Positions 36,320 to 46,059 of a DNA stretch of 64,000 nucleotides are shown piece by piece; position 1 is the stretch's first letter; every line of letters starts with the position of its first letter. The notes under the pieces were generated by a model, which had not been told where the DNA came from, searched no databases, and saw only the letters and a program-made list of their open reading frames with translations. This stretch comes from Kiritimatiellia bacterium. GTDB taxonomy: Bacteria; Verrucomicrobiota; Kiritimatiellia; SLOV01. The translations under genes were made by a program, and so were the position numbers. The stretch covers positions 14,188 through 78,187 of the forward strand of contig CAUZEO010000001.1 in the NCBI GenBank assembly GCA_963578625.1. The letters are read 5' to 3'.

Positions 36320-38524
36320 TCAGGCGAACTCGAGGAACGACTCCTCACAGGTCAGTTCGTAGATCCGCACATCTGTCGCCGGCACGGCGGCCTTCAGCCT
36401 GCCCTTCTTGATCATGGCCTCCCCGCTGGAGAGCCACTCGAGACATGACTCGATTTTCTGGCCCTTGACCTTCACCGTTCCCTCCCAGGTTACCTCCCCG
36501 TTGTTGACCAGGGTGACCAGGAGTTTGCGCGGGTCGTCGGTAACGTTCACGATCCACTGGATGGGCCGCCCCTTGACCTTGATCAGGGAGGTTGACTCGA
36601 TCACCGAGCCCACGATCTCCTGCACGACCTTGAGGAAGTTCGGCGGCGGAAACGGACGGCCCCGGATGTAGTCGTTCCGGTAGTTCATGTCCCAGGGCAA
36701 ATCGTCCCGCTTGTGCCAGACGTAGTCGGGACGCTCGCCGGTGGCCCAGAACACCGGCGTGACCACATAGACGCTGCCTTCGCCCACCCGGTTCACGCAA
36801 ACCAGAGGATCGCCGGCATCGTTTACCGCGAGCACCTCGGCGCCGTCGGATTCGACCTTGTCGTAGATGTACTCCGCCTCCTTGTAGCTCTTTCCCGTGA
36901 CCAGGCTCTTCGAGCCCGTCCCCTTCGCGTCCGTTTCCTTCACGCGCAAGCCGGCGAGGTTTGCGAGGGTTCCCCTGAGTTGGCGCGTGCAGAGGACGAC
37001 GGTCCGCCCGGCCCGGACAAACGACTCCACGTTGGCCGCGAAATCCTCGTCGTCGGGCATCCCGCCCAGCAGGACCGCGACCTGGTACTTGTTGAGGACA
37101 TCCATCGACGCGTTGCTCAGGATCACATCGAACGAATCGCCGAGCGGGGTGGGCGTCAGGCATCCCCGGCCGTTGATCGCGTAGGCGTACTCGCCATAGT
37201 TCGGAAAGATCCAGTGGAAGAACTGATCGATCTGGAAATCGCCCAGGGTGTAGTCGATGTTACCCCAGACTTTCTCCGGATGGCCCTGCCCCATGCCTTT
37301 GTGGATGGGCGGGTTCCACCCGTGGTGGAAGTCGAGCACCAGGGCCACCGGCGAGTACTGCACACCGCGGTCCGGGCGCGTCCGCGTGGTCCACACCCAC
37401 TTGCGGTACTCCCGGCCGAACGGCGTGAGGTTGGCCTCCAGGTCGTGCCCCCGTTGGACGTTCTGCTTCTTCATCGCGCCCTTGATGTCGCCCACCCAGG
37501 AGTCTTCCCCTTTCACCGGGATCTCCGGCCGGATCCCCTCCGCCTCGATGGTCGAGAACTCCTTCGGCAAGGCACACATGTCGTCGTAAAAGAGCCCACC
37601 CTCGGTGCCGCACAGACTCAATCCGTACATGTAGCCGGCGAACCAGAGGCGCTTGGCGAGGTGGGTGGGAACGCCGCCGTCGGGGTGGCCGAACATGAAC
37701 TCGACCTTGATGCCGGGGCTGTTCCTCGGGAAACACTTCGTGTTGTAGAAGTCGGGTTTCTGCTCGATGCTGGGCATGAACATGGAGATGTGGGCGTGGG
37801 TGAGCAGGTCGTACTGGCGGGCGGCGCCGCGCAAGAACGCGCAGCGCATGATGCTGCTCTGCAACCCGGTGCCGAGTTCCAGGCCGATCATGCGGTGACC
37901 CATCTCGCCGTAGTAGTGGCAGAAGCCCAGGCTTCCAATGGAGACAACGTGGTGATGGAAGAGGGCGTCGAGGGTGTCCCTGGAGAACCGGACAAAATCC
38001 CCGTAGGCCTCCTTGCGGCTTCGGTCGGGTGATTGCTCAGGCCATTCGTAGGAGCCGAAGACATATTGGGCGCAGTACTCTCCGTCCTGCTCCCCGTTCT
38101 CCCATCCGAGAAACCGCGGCCCGAAAATGTCGAGCAGGAACCGGTGGGTTTCCTCCGGCACCACCGCCTCGCCGGTGCCGTTGAAAAAGTCCATCCCGTG
38201 CCGGATGCCCCAGATGCTGTTGAGGATCAGTCCCTTCTCGGCGTACTTCTTCGCGATCGCCCGCCACCCCGGCTGTTCGTCCTCGATCTGATCGGACCAC
38301 ATGTAGGCACTGAAGGGCCGGATGGCGGTGGCAAAATCGTAGTCGAACATGGTGTTGTGGATGAGGTAGTCCTTCCACCCCATCTGCACGCTCTCCTGGA
38401 AATCCTTGGGGAGGTCGCGGCGGGCCACCGGCTTCGGGTCCAGTTGTTCGTACCGCTCGCCCTCCTCCGGGACGATGGCCTTGTTGGGGATGGGCTGCAG
38501 TTTCAATTCAGGCAAATCGGGCAT
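36320..38524 (-). CDS. Uncharacterised large protein, family A copy A3
   Basis: 734 aa, collinear with A1 and A2. Confidence 0.85.
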   Translation of the reverse strand: MPDLPELKLQPIPNKAIVPEEGERYEQLDPKPVARRDLPKDFQESVQMGWKDYLIHNTMFDYDFATAIRPFSAYMWSDQIEDEQPGWRAIAKKYAEKGLILNSIWGIRHGMDFFNGTGEAVVPEETHRFLLDIFGPRFLGWENGEQDGEYCAQYVFGSYEWPEQSPDRSRKEAYGDFVRFSRDTLDALFHHHVVSIGSLGFCHYYGEMGHRMIGLELGTGLQSSIMRCAFLRGAARQYDLLTHAHISMFMPSIEQKPDFYNTKCFPRNSPGIKVEFMFGHPDGGVPTHLAKRLWFAGYMYGLSLCGTEGGLFYDDMCALPKEFSTIEAEGIRPEIPVKGEDSWVGDIKGAMKKQNVQRGHDLEANLTPFGREYRKWVWTTRTRPDRGVQYSPVALVLDFHHGWNPPIHKGMGQGHPEKVWGNIDYTLGDFQIDQFFHWIFPNYGEYAYAINGRGCLTPTPLGDSFDVILSNASMDVLNKYQVAVLLGGMPDDEDFAANVESFVRAGRTVVLCTRQLRGTLANLAGLRVKETDAKGTGSKSLVTGKSYKEAEYIYDKVESDGAEVLAVNDAGDPLVCVNRVGEGSVYVVTPVFWATGERPDYVWHKRDDLPWDMNYRNDYIRGRPFPPPNFLKVVQEIVGSVIESTSLIKVKGRPIQWIVNVTDDPRKLLVTLVNNGEVTWEGTVKVKGQKIESCLEWLSSGEAMIKKGRLKAAVPATDVRIYELTCEESFLEFA

Positions 38525-38646
38525 GGATCTCTCCTGTAGGCGAATTTTAAACTCCGAAAAATCTGCCCTAACCTTGGAAGGATGTCAAGAATTTCACTCA
38601 CGCCCTATAGATTACTTCGCCTTGTCCATGCGGAGAACAAATTGTC

Positions 38647-38940
38647 TCATTCGGGATATTCCGGGTCATGGCCCGTAATGACAGGAGCGTTCAGTCGGCG
38701 GATGCGTTCCAATCCCTGGAAACAGGCCTGCAGGTCGCGTAACCCGGCGGACCGGCGTCGGTCTGCACCATGACGGCCTGGGAACCCATGGTGTGACCGC
38801 CCAGCAGCATCACGTTGATGCCGGGCAGGACTTCGGCATCGCCATCGAGGACGACCAGCCGGTCGGCATACCCTTTCAGGTGGGAATGCACAACGTCCAC
38901 AAAAGCGTGGGACGCGAACCAGGGATGGGGCGGATGTATC
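38647..38940 (-). pseudogene. Truncated MBL-fold hydrolase (degraded copy of 9125..9844)
   Basis: Encodes …LERIRRLNAPVITGHDPEYPE* and HPWFASHAFVDVVHSHLKG…, the C-terminal third of the MBL gene. It has a ~57-nt internal deletion and ends abruptly at 38940 against a hairpin element. Confidence 0.6.
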
Positions 38941-39165
38941 GCACTGCGGACTGAAGTCCGCAACCACAGACGCGGGCTAAAGCAGTTTAAGGTAGCCCAT
39001 GGCCGCGAGACAGAACACAGGATTGGCCACAAAGAGGCACAAAAAATACCCGAGAGAAAATCACTTTGTGCCTTTTTGTGGCCATGAATTTTGCTTAACC
39101 TGCGCTAAAGCCCACGCTACCTGGAGGCGTAGCGCGGAATTCATTCCGCAGTCGTTAAGGCAGTC
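38941..39165. mobile_element. MITE-like element (~225 bp) with palindromic terminal inverted repeats
   Basis: Left end actgcggactgaagtccgc; right end gcggaattcattccgcagt (16/19 as inverted repeat). The interior carries further hairpins (ggccacaaagaggcacaaa…tttgtgcctttttgtggcc; gcgctac…gtagcgc). It encodes no protein. Confidence 0.5.
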
Positions 39166-39174
39166 GATGAGTTC

Positions 39175-40158
39175 TTAGCTCTTATATTCCCATACCCACC
39201 GGGAATCATTTTCGTCCCCGTGTATGGACAGACCTCTCGCACCCTTGAGCCCGTCATAGATCTCGTTCATTTCATCAATCGAATCAAAGAATCCGATGAC
39301 GTAAGCTGCGCCGAACGTGCCACCTGCCTTGACCGGACGGCCGCCGATCTCCTGGATGAAGCAGACGTACCCGCGTTGATGACACCAGCCTTCGTATGCG
39401 TCGGCGGGATCCAGGGTCATCCCCGCGAGCCAGGGATCGATTCCCGATTCCGTTCGTATGCGATAGGCGCGGATAAACCGGTCGGGAAGGTTGGCGTCAT
39501 CCCGCTGGTAGAGCGTCTTTCCATCCGGTGGAAAATCTTCGAGAAACTCCGAACTCGGCAGCGTACCCATGTGGCTGAGGTAGATCTCCGAAAATGAATC
39601 CGCGGCCCGGTGCTTCAAATGGCCCGGCATATCGATTCGCAAGATCAGCGCATCGGAATCGTTGACACTCGTGACCCGGTCACTCGCGAAAAAGTAGCGC
39701 CGCCCGTCGGGGAAAACGAGCACCTGTTCCCATCGCGAACCGGACTCGGACCCCTCAATCGACTGGTTCCAATTCCACCACTGTCGGACCGCAACAAAGC
39801 CGTCCCCGCGATAAACGGCGTAGGGAAGCCGCCTTGCCTGGGTGCAAATCTGGGGCAGTTCGATATATCGCTTGATCAGGTTGCCGTGTGACGGCTCGTC
39901 TTCTCCCCAGGGATAGGGATGCGTGGCATCCTGTTCAACGCCTTCCGCGGGCTCGAGAAGAAAGTCAATAATGTCGAGCCCGAATCCGAGGTCGGTTCCC
40001 CCCGTTTTCCGGTCCCGGAACGAACCGCCCTTCACACCGCTGACGAATCCTGCGCCGACGGACTGATCACCGATCGTATAGCCCTCCGTCGCGACAGTCG
40101 CGGTAAACGAATCCGTCTCGATTTGGATCTCGGTTCCATCAATTGAGAGATCCGCCAT
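39175..40158 (-). CDS. Hypothetical protein
   Basis: 327-aa ORF with good protein-like composition and no signal peptide. Co-directional with the downstream GH-like gene. Confidence 0.55.
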   Translation of the reverse strand: MADLSIDGTEIQIETDSFTATVATEGYTIGDQSVGAGFVSGVKGGSFRDRKTGGTDLGFGLDIIDFLLEPAEGVEQDATHPYPWGEDEPSHGNLIKRYIELPQICTQARRLPYAVYRGDGFVAVRQWWNWNQSIEGSESGSRWEQVLVFPDGRRYFFASDRVTSVNDSDALILRIDMPGHLKHRAADSFSEIYLSHMGTLPSSEFLEDFPPDGKTLYQRDDANLPDRFIRAYRIRTESGIDPWLAGMTLDPADAYEGWCHQRGYVCFIQEIGGRPVKAGGTFGAAYVIGFFDSIDEMNEIYDGLKGARGLSIHGDENDSRWVWEYKS

Positions 40159-40220
40159 GGCTCAGTCTTTCGGAGAGCAGATGAGTGGATATGAAAGGAT
40201 GAGGCTCATCAAATTTCGGG

Positions 40221-42236
40221 TCAATTAGAGTGCTCCAGAATGAACGATTCCTGAATCGCCAATTCCTTCGCCCGAAGGCGCACCCACGAACCGTTACGTT
40301 CGAGACCGATCTCCCTGTCGCGGGGCGCGCGAAGAATCCTTCGGACTTTTCCGACTCGGTTCTCATTGATCCATACCGTGACATTTGCGAGCGAAGGAAG
40401 ATTTCCGGGACGGTCATTCAACCCGGTGAGTATGGGGTAACGGTTGACGAAGTGCACGATGTGCCGGTTCCCCTGGCGGTTGACGATCACCTCGACGCCG
40501 GACGGTGCTTCGGAGCGGAGAAGTGGTTCCTCGATCAACAAGTGGATTAGATTCTCCACCATGAGCACCAGCCGGTGACGATGGCGGCTCTCGGGCTGAT
40601 CGGCTTCGGCAATTGGATATCCCATACACACGGCCGACCCGTTGCCGACACGGTTGCGAGTGATCGCAACATCCGATGACGGCGCGGGGCGCGGGGGATT
40701 GGGGCCCCACCAGATATACGTCTCGCGGGACCGTTCCGCGATCGGGTAAACGTAGCGCGCCAGCGATTCCGCGTCGGCGAGCTCCAGCTTCCACGCCGCG
40801 CCGTCGCTACGGACGGGCTCCCGGCTCATTTCGCCGATGACGTCGCCATGAAGATCACCGACGTAGTTGGTGCTGAACCCGGTTCCGGTCGCCCCGGACA
40901 ATCCCAGAAGGTTCATCAGGCGCTGCGGAGGATGGGCGGAAAGGACCCGGCCGTCGACCAGCAGGCTCCCGCCGCCGGAGACGAACGTTTCCAGCGCGTC
41001 CAGCGTCGCGTTTTCGAGGGGGAATCCATCTTCCACAATGAGAAGCCGGTACCGGTCGATGTCGATCCGGTCGGGCAGCACGACGCCGAAGGGGACGTGA
41101 TGCCGGAGCAATGTCAACGGCCACGCCGGGTTGTACTCGCGCGCGAACGGGATCAGGAGTCCGACGTCGTACACCGGTTCGGTGTTGATCACGTATTCCT
41201 GTCGCTCCCGCAGGAATGCCCCGACCTGGCCCAGTTCGTCCATCTGGTGCCCGGAAAAAAATCCGCCCGGTGTGACGTCGAATCCTCCGACGACCGAACC
41301 GCCGTGCGCGGTCAGGAGTGCGGCCTCGGAGAGAAGCATGTTTGTCGGCCGCGTGGTCCAGCTATTCACGCTATCGGAGACGGGGGTGTAGTGTTCGAAG
41401 TTGTGCTCCGGCTTCTTGCGCGGCGCGAGGAATCTCGGTGCGAAGCTCTTCGTTTCCGGCGCATCGGCTTCCGCGGAAAGGCTATCGCACAATGCGTCGA
41501 TCTCATCGAATCCGGGGAGGAGATTCGACCCGCATCCGTTGTAGACGAGGGGCCGACGCACCCCACCGCGATCCGCGATCTCCCGAATGGAGCGCATGAG
41601 ATCCAGGAGGTAGTCCCGGCTCCAGCGGCGGGTTTGATCCGTGCCCCACGCCTCGGCAAGGTCCGCGCCACCATGCGTATCGGCGAATGCCTGGCGGCAG
41701 TAATCACAGAAGCACCCGTCGCGAGGGTATTCCATGCTGTCCAGCCAGAACCCGTCGGGCTCGGCGGTTTCCAGAATCTCCTCCATCTGGCCCAGGATCA
41801 GCGCGCGGAAGCCCGGGTTGTTGACGCAGCAGACGCCATGGTCGACCGGATAGGGCGCGCCGAATTCGTGAGCCATTCCTTCCCGGTCGACGCAGCGCCA
41901 GTCCGGGTGCACCTCGGCCGACCAGACGTCGATCGTAACGGAATAGTAGGCCATGACACGCAAGCCCTGTTGGTGCGCTTCCGCGGTGAATTCCGCGATG
42001 TAGTCCCGCTTCGGCTGCTTTTCCCGGTACTTGGACTCGAAGAAGCAGATCCCGTCGTGGTGCTTGCAGTGCAGCACGGCAATCCGGAACCCCCCGCGCT
42101 TGAGCTTCTCGACCCACTCCGCGGGATCGAAGTCTTCGATCGGCTGTGCCCATCGCGGACTGAACCACGACATGTACGCCTTCCACGGATCCTGCGTGTA
42201 CCATTGGACTGGATTCGTCACGACCTGCTCAACCAT
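40221..42236 (-). CDS. Glycoside-hydrolase-like protein (GH29/GHL6-like TIM barrel plus GATase1-like domain)
   Basis: N-terminal block GGFRIAVLHCKHHDGICFFESKY…GLRVMAYYSV resembles the alpha-L-fucosidase/GHL6 barrel start. The C-terminal half resembles the trimerisation domain of GH42-type beta-galactosidases. Confidence 0.6.
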   Translation of the reverse strand: MVEQVVTNPVQWYTQDPWKAYMSWFSPRWAQPIEDFDPAEWVEKLKRGGFRIAVLHCKHHDGICFFESKYREKQPKRDYIAEFTAEAHQQGLRVMAYYSVTIDVWSAEVHPDWRCVDREGMAHEFGAPYPVDHGVCCVNNPGFRALILGQMEEILETAEPDGFWLDSMEYPRDGCFCDYCRQAFADTHGGADLAEAWGTDQTRRWSRDYLLDLMRSIREIADRGGVRRPLVYNGCGSNLLPGFDEIDALCDSLSAEADAPETKSFAPRFLAPRKKPEHNFEHYTPVSDSVNSWTTRPTNMLLSEAALLTAHGGSVVGGFDVTPGGFFSGHQMDELGQVGAFLRERQEYVINTEPVYDVGLLIPFAREYNPAWPLTLLRHHVPFGVVLPDRIDIDRYRLLIVEDGFPLENATLDALETFVSGGGSLLVDGRVLSAHPPQRLMNLLGLSGATGTGFSTNYVGDLHGDVIGEMSREPVRSDGAAWKLELADAESLARYVYPIAERSRETYIWWGPNPPRPAPSSDVAITRNRVGNGSAVCMGYPIAEADQPESRHRHRLVLMVENLIHLLIEEPLLRSEAPSGVEVIVNRQGNRHIVHFVNRYPILTGLNDRPGNLPSLANVTVWINENRVGKVRRILRAPRDREIGLERNGSWVRLRAKELAIQESFILEHSN

Positions 42237-42314
42237 CTTTCTGACAAATCATATTTCATTGGCATCCACGATGTGAAATCCTTGTGGCTAAGTCCAGTCT
42301 GAAGAATTTTTGCA

Positions 42315-43055
42315 ATGAAGCCATTGGATCGAATCAAGCTGACTCGCGAGTATGTGCGGCGCTTCGAGCAGGATGGTTTTCTGGTCATGGACCGCCTCCT
42401 CTCGCACGAAGAAATCGATGCATTCCTTGCGCATGAGGCGTCGAGACCCGAGACACCGGATCTGGGATTGCGAGCGCACATGGTTGATCCACAGTGGAAG
42501 CATTTAGCTACCCATCCGAACGTGGCGGGCATAGCCGCGCAACTTCTCGGCGGCCCGTCCCAGGTGGTCCAGACCATGTACTTGCCCAAGAAAGCGGGAA
42601 AAGGGGCGCCGGGAATCGCGCTGCACCAGGATACGCACTATCTGCCGAGCGAACCCAACACGCTGATGGCGTGCTGGATTGCCATGAGCGACACCGACGA
42701 GCGAAACGGGGGACTCTCCGTCGTCCCTGGAAGCCATCGCGAAGAACTGCGCACAACGCATAAATCCTCGCCGGATGACCACCACTCTTGGACGCAGGAT
42801 TACCTGATGCGAGACCAGGCCGGGAAAGAGTGGACGCAGACGTTTTATTCGTTCGAGATCGACAACCTGGACCCGTCGACTCTGCAAACCCTGAAGGTCA
42901 GAAAAGGCGGCGGTGTATTCTTTACCGGCATGACCATTCACGGCTCCTACCTCAACCGCTCCGACCACGACCGTCTCGCCTTCGCGGTCCACTACATCCG
43001 CGAAGGATCCTGGGTCTTCCGCGCCGACGTACAAGACACCATGCCCACATCATAA
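42315..43055 (+). CDS. PhyH-family Fe(II)/2OG dioxygenase
   Basis: LTREYVRRFEQDGFLVMD…ALHQDTHYLP…HGSYLNRSD. Close paralog of 45227..45967. Confidence 0.8.
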   Translation: MKPLDRIKLTREYVRRFEQDGFLVMDRLLSHEEIDAFLAHEASRPETPDLGLRAHMVDPQWKHLATHPNVAGIAAQLLGGPSQVVQTMYLPKKAGKGAPGIALHQDTHYLPSEPNTLMACWIAMSDTDERNGGLSVVPGSHREELRTTHKSSPDDHHSWTQDYLMRDQAGKEWTQTFYSFEIDNLDPSTLQTLKVRKGGGVFFTGMTIHGSYLNRSDHDRLAFAVHYIREGSWVFRADVQDTMPTS

Positions 43056-43084
43056 GCATCTTAATGTAAATAAAGGGGCAGGCC

Positions 43085-43217
43085 CGCTATTTGTGGGCTT
43101 CCAAGCCCGAGCGCGTGCAAAGGAAGTTCATGGGCCTGAGAATGGGTTGCGATTATCTCGTTATTCTCTTTCTATGATCACCCCTTGCTCCGGGTCGGGC
43201 TTGGAAGCCCAACCTAC
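43085..43217. mobile_element. MITE-like element copy 2 (~130 bp, 14–18-bp TIR gggcttccaagcccgagc)
   Basis: Left gggcttccaagcccgagc; right gctcgggcttggaagccc (perfect 14-bp inverted repeat). Related to 19307..19433. It overlaps and supplies the last ~19 codons of the 43161..45233 ORF. Confidence 0.55.
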
Positions 43218-45233
43218 ATGTTGCAATTCCTTACACAAGTCCGGGATCCGGCCTGTGTAAAACAGTTTTTGGATGGCGGCTTTCCGCTCAGGCTCAACAG
43301 CATCAAGCAGATCCAGCAGCACTTTTTCTTTGAGCCAGTACCCGTGATGATACTTTTCCCTCAACCCGGCGGCGGCGGTGAGCGATGCATATCCACGCAG
43401 AACGCGTACGTCTGTAATCCCCGCCTTCTCCTCGTTTGAGAGCTGCGGCGGCACCGCACATTCTTCGGAATGTTCACTCACGTTCAATCCAAGCGATACC
43501 GCCGTGTCATAAAGCATTCTCGCTTCAAGCCACTGACGGGCGCACAACTGCTCGTAGATCTTCTTGAGTTTTCGGTAGGCTTCATACGGGGCCGTGTCCG
43601 ACCAGTCCAGGATCGGTTCGCCGTCCCAGTTCGAGATTTTCCATCCATTCATCGGCGTATCGACTCTCAGATTGAATAGCGGCTGGACGTCGGGGTGAGG
43701 GTGTTCGGAATTGGCAAATGTTAGCAGGTTCACAGTCCGGTTCACACGCCACGTCTGTTGCACGTTTCCGTACTCCGCCAAACCATACTCAATGCGGTCG
43801 ATAAATCCGTTTCCGTCGGTGTCGTGGTAGCGTACGAGGTCGTGAAGGAGTCCTTTGCCGGGCTCCGGGCCTTCATCGGTTGTTGCGCCCCATGCGCTTG
43901 AGCGGTCGATGGCGCCTTTGAAATGACCATAGTAGTCAACGTTCCAGTCGGCTTCGTCTGCCCGGTACAGGTGGATCCTTCCGTCAAATGCACCGATGTA
44001 GAGCTGCCCTTTCCCGTCGAAATCCGTGTCGTGTTCGACCCGATCCCCCAGCTTGTCCGAGAAGATCCGGGTGTCCGAGTATTTGTCATTCCGGGCAAAC
44101 ATCTCTTCCCAACGATTGTCGTCATTGTCCTCATCAAAGAGCCACCAGGTGCCGATCCATCCGTCAAAGTCCGTCGCGATCTTGTACCCGTCCAGGTACG
44201 GAAGATAAAAGCGCCTGTCTTCACGCGCCATCTGCTCCCACCCGCTGCCGAAAAACTTCCGGGCATAGGCCGGCGCAGGCAGTGCTTCGATCTTGTCCAG
44301 GTAGTTCGTGAGAGGAAGCCCGGGCGTCCAGTACGCGGTATAGGTCAACTGGCAATCCAGGCTGTGCCACTTCTCGCGGCTCAGCTCGCCATTGAGCTCG
44401 AAGGCAAACTCGGCTTCATGAGCCCGGGCCGATTGCCCCTGCAGGTCATGGGTGGGATACCCTTCGTCGGCGATGCGCATGACCATCTCGGTGAAGCCGT
44501 CGTGATTGAAGTCATACCAGGCAATGGGCGTTTCCCAGGCCAGGGAGACGTCGCCCCAATGGATCCTGGTGTTGAGAAAAAATCCGCTGCCGTGGACGTT
44601 CTGAAAGTATCTCCCGCCCTCGGCGTAGCCATGCTCATTTCCGTAGCCGAACCCTGCAAAATTCAAGTGCTTGAAGTCACGCTCGCCATTCAGATTGACC
44701 ATGGTTTCGACCACCGTGTTCGCGCAAAAGTACTCCAGGTCCGGACTCCCGTCCTGGTTCAGATCCACAATCCGGTAATAGAAATCCGCCTTGCCACTGA
44801 ACTCCCCGTCGCCGTCGTTATCCGCCAGCAGCAAATAGCTGCCCCAGTTCGCGCGCAACGGGTTCCACACCACCGGCGGCTCGGCGCCGGCCGAGAAGGC
44901 CTCCGTCAATGTCTCTGCCGGGTCGAGGGATGCCGCCTGCCACCGCGGCAAAAAATCGCTTCCCTCATCGACCACCACGACTCGCTTTTGATTCCATAGA
45001 GTGTGAAGCGTATCGACCGTGCCATCTCCGCTCAGATCTTCATAGAAAGGCATTGCCGCGTCATCAGTCCCGTCTTTTTGAAGATCGGCAATCGCGGAAC
45101 CACTACCGGTCGCTGTGAAAACGCAGCAGAGCGGCAGAATTGCCCAAGAAAAGCTGCAATGCAGATTCGCCTTCATCAGCGGCAGCATCTGGCATAGAAT
45201 TAATGAAAGCAACGTCGAACACCCATATGACAC
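43161..45233 (-). CDS. Hypothetical secreted protein with Asp-rich (calcium-binding-like) repeats
   Basis: 690 aa, N-terminal signal peptide, DNDGDGEFSGKADFYYRIVDLNQDGSPD-type motifs. The 3' end is inside the MITE-like element. Confidence 0.6.
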   Translation of the reverse strand: MSYGCSTLLSLILCQMLPLMKANLHCSFSWAILPLCCVFTATGSGSAIADLQKDGTDDAAMPFYEDLSGDGTVDTLHTLWNQKRVVVVDEGSDFLPRWQAASLDPAETLTEAFSAGAEPPVVWNPLRANWGSYLLLADNDGDGEFSGKADFYYRIVDLNQDGSPDLEYFCANTVVETMVNLNGERDFKHLNFAGFGYGNEHGYAEGGRYFQNVHGSGFFLNTRIHWGDVSLAWETPIAWYDFNHDGFTEMVMRIADEGYPTHDLQGQSARAHEAEFAFELNGELSREKWHSLDCQLTYTAYWTPGLPLTNYLDKIEALPAPAYARKFFGSGWEQMAREDRRFYLPYLDGYKIATDFDGWIGTWWLFDEDNDDNRWEEMFARNDKYSDTRIFSDKLGDRVEHDTDFDGKGQLYIGAFDGRIHLYRADEADWNVDYYGHFKGAIDRSSAWGATTDEGPEPGKGLLHDLVRYHDTDGNGFIDRIEYGLAEYGNVQQTWRVNRTVNLLTFANSEHPHPDVQPLFNLRVDTPMNGWKISNWDGEPILDWSDTAPYEAYRKLKKIYEQLCARQWLEARMLYDTAVSLGLNVSEHSEECAVPPQLSNEEKAGITDVRVLRGYASLTAAAGLREKYHHGYWLKEKVLLDLLDAVEPERKAAIQKLFYTGRIPDLCKELQHVGWASKPDPEQGVIIERE

Positions 45234-45967
45234 TTCAAAATCGAATCAGGTTAAGCTTGGAGCAGGTCTCGCGATACGAGAAGGACGGATTTCTGGTCAT
45301 CGAAAATTTCGTGTCACACGAAGAGATCGATGACTTCATTGCCCACGAGACAACGAGATCAGGCACGCCGGATCTCGGATTACGGGCCCACGAGGTGGAT
45401 CCGCAGTGGAAACACCTGGCTATACATCCGGACGTAGCCGGCGTAGCGGAGCAACTGCTCGGCGGGCCTCCTCGGATCGTGCAATCCATGTACATACCCA
45501 AGAAAGCGGGCGAAGGAGAGGTCGGGGTAGCGCTGCACCAGGATACGCTCTACCTGCCCAACGAATCAAACACGCTCATGGCCTGCTGGATTGCAATGAG
45601 CAACACGGCGGCCGGCAACGGGGGCCTCTGTATTCTACCGGGCAGCCATCTTGATGGCTTGCGTACGGCGCATAAGAGCGGGGAGGGGGAACACAGCAGC
45701 TGGACGAAGACTCACCTGATGCGCGACCGTACCGGGAAAGAGTGGGAGCAGGAGTTTTTTTCATTTGAAATAAATGACATCGATCTGTCGTCCCTTGTGA
45801 AGCTGGATGTTCCGAAAGGTGGCGGGGTCTGTTTTACGGGATTGACGATTCACGGCTCCTACGCAAATCGATCCGATACCGACCGCCTTGCGTTCGCGGT
45901 TCACTATGTAAAAGAGGGCACCTGGGTTTTGCGGGCGGACGTGCAGGAAACGATGGCGGTGAAGTGA
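45227..45967 (+). CDS. PhyH-family Fe(II)/2OG dioxygenase (paralog)
   Basis: MTLQNRIRLSLEQVSRYEKDGFLVIE…ALHQDTLYLP…HGSYANRSD. The ORF opens at 45140; the Met at 45227 aligns with the paralog start. Confidence 0.8.
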   Translation: MTLQNRIRLSLEQVSRYEKDGFLVIENFVSHEEIDDFIAHETTRSGTPDLGLRAHEVDPQWKHLAIHPDVAGVAEQLLGGPPRIVQSMYIPKKAGEGEVGVALHQDTLYLPNESNTLMACWIAMSNTAAGNGGLCILPGSHLDGLRTAHKSGEGEHSSWTKTHLMRDRTGKEWEQEFFSFEINDIDLSSLVKLDVPKGGGVCFTGLTIHGSYANRSDTDRLAFAVHYVKEGTWVLRADVQETMAVK

Positions 45968-46059
45968 TGTACGTGCGTTTGCGGTTGGCCTATGCCGGAT
46001 TTCGAATTTCGAATTTCGGATTCGTCGGGGCCGCTGCGAGCCGCGAACCTGGTGATGAA

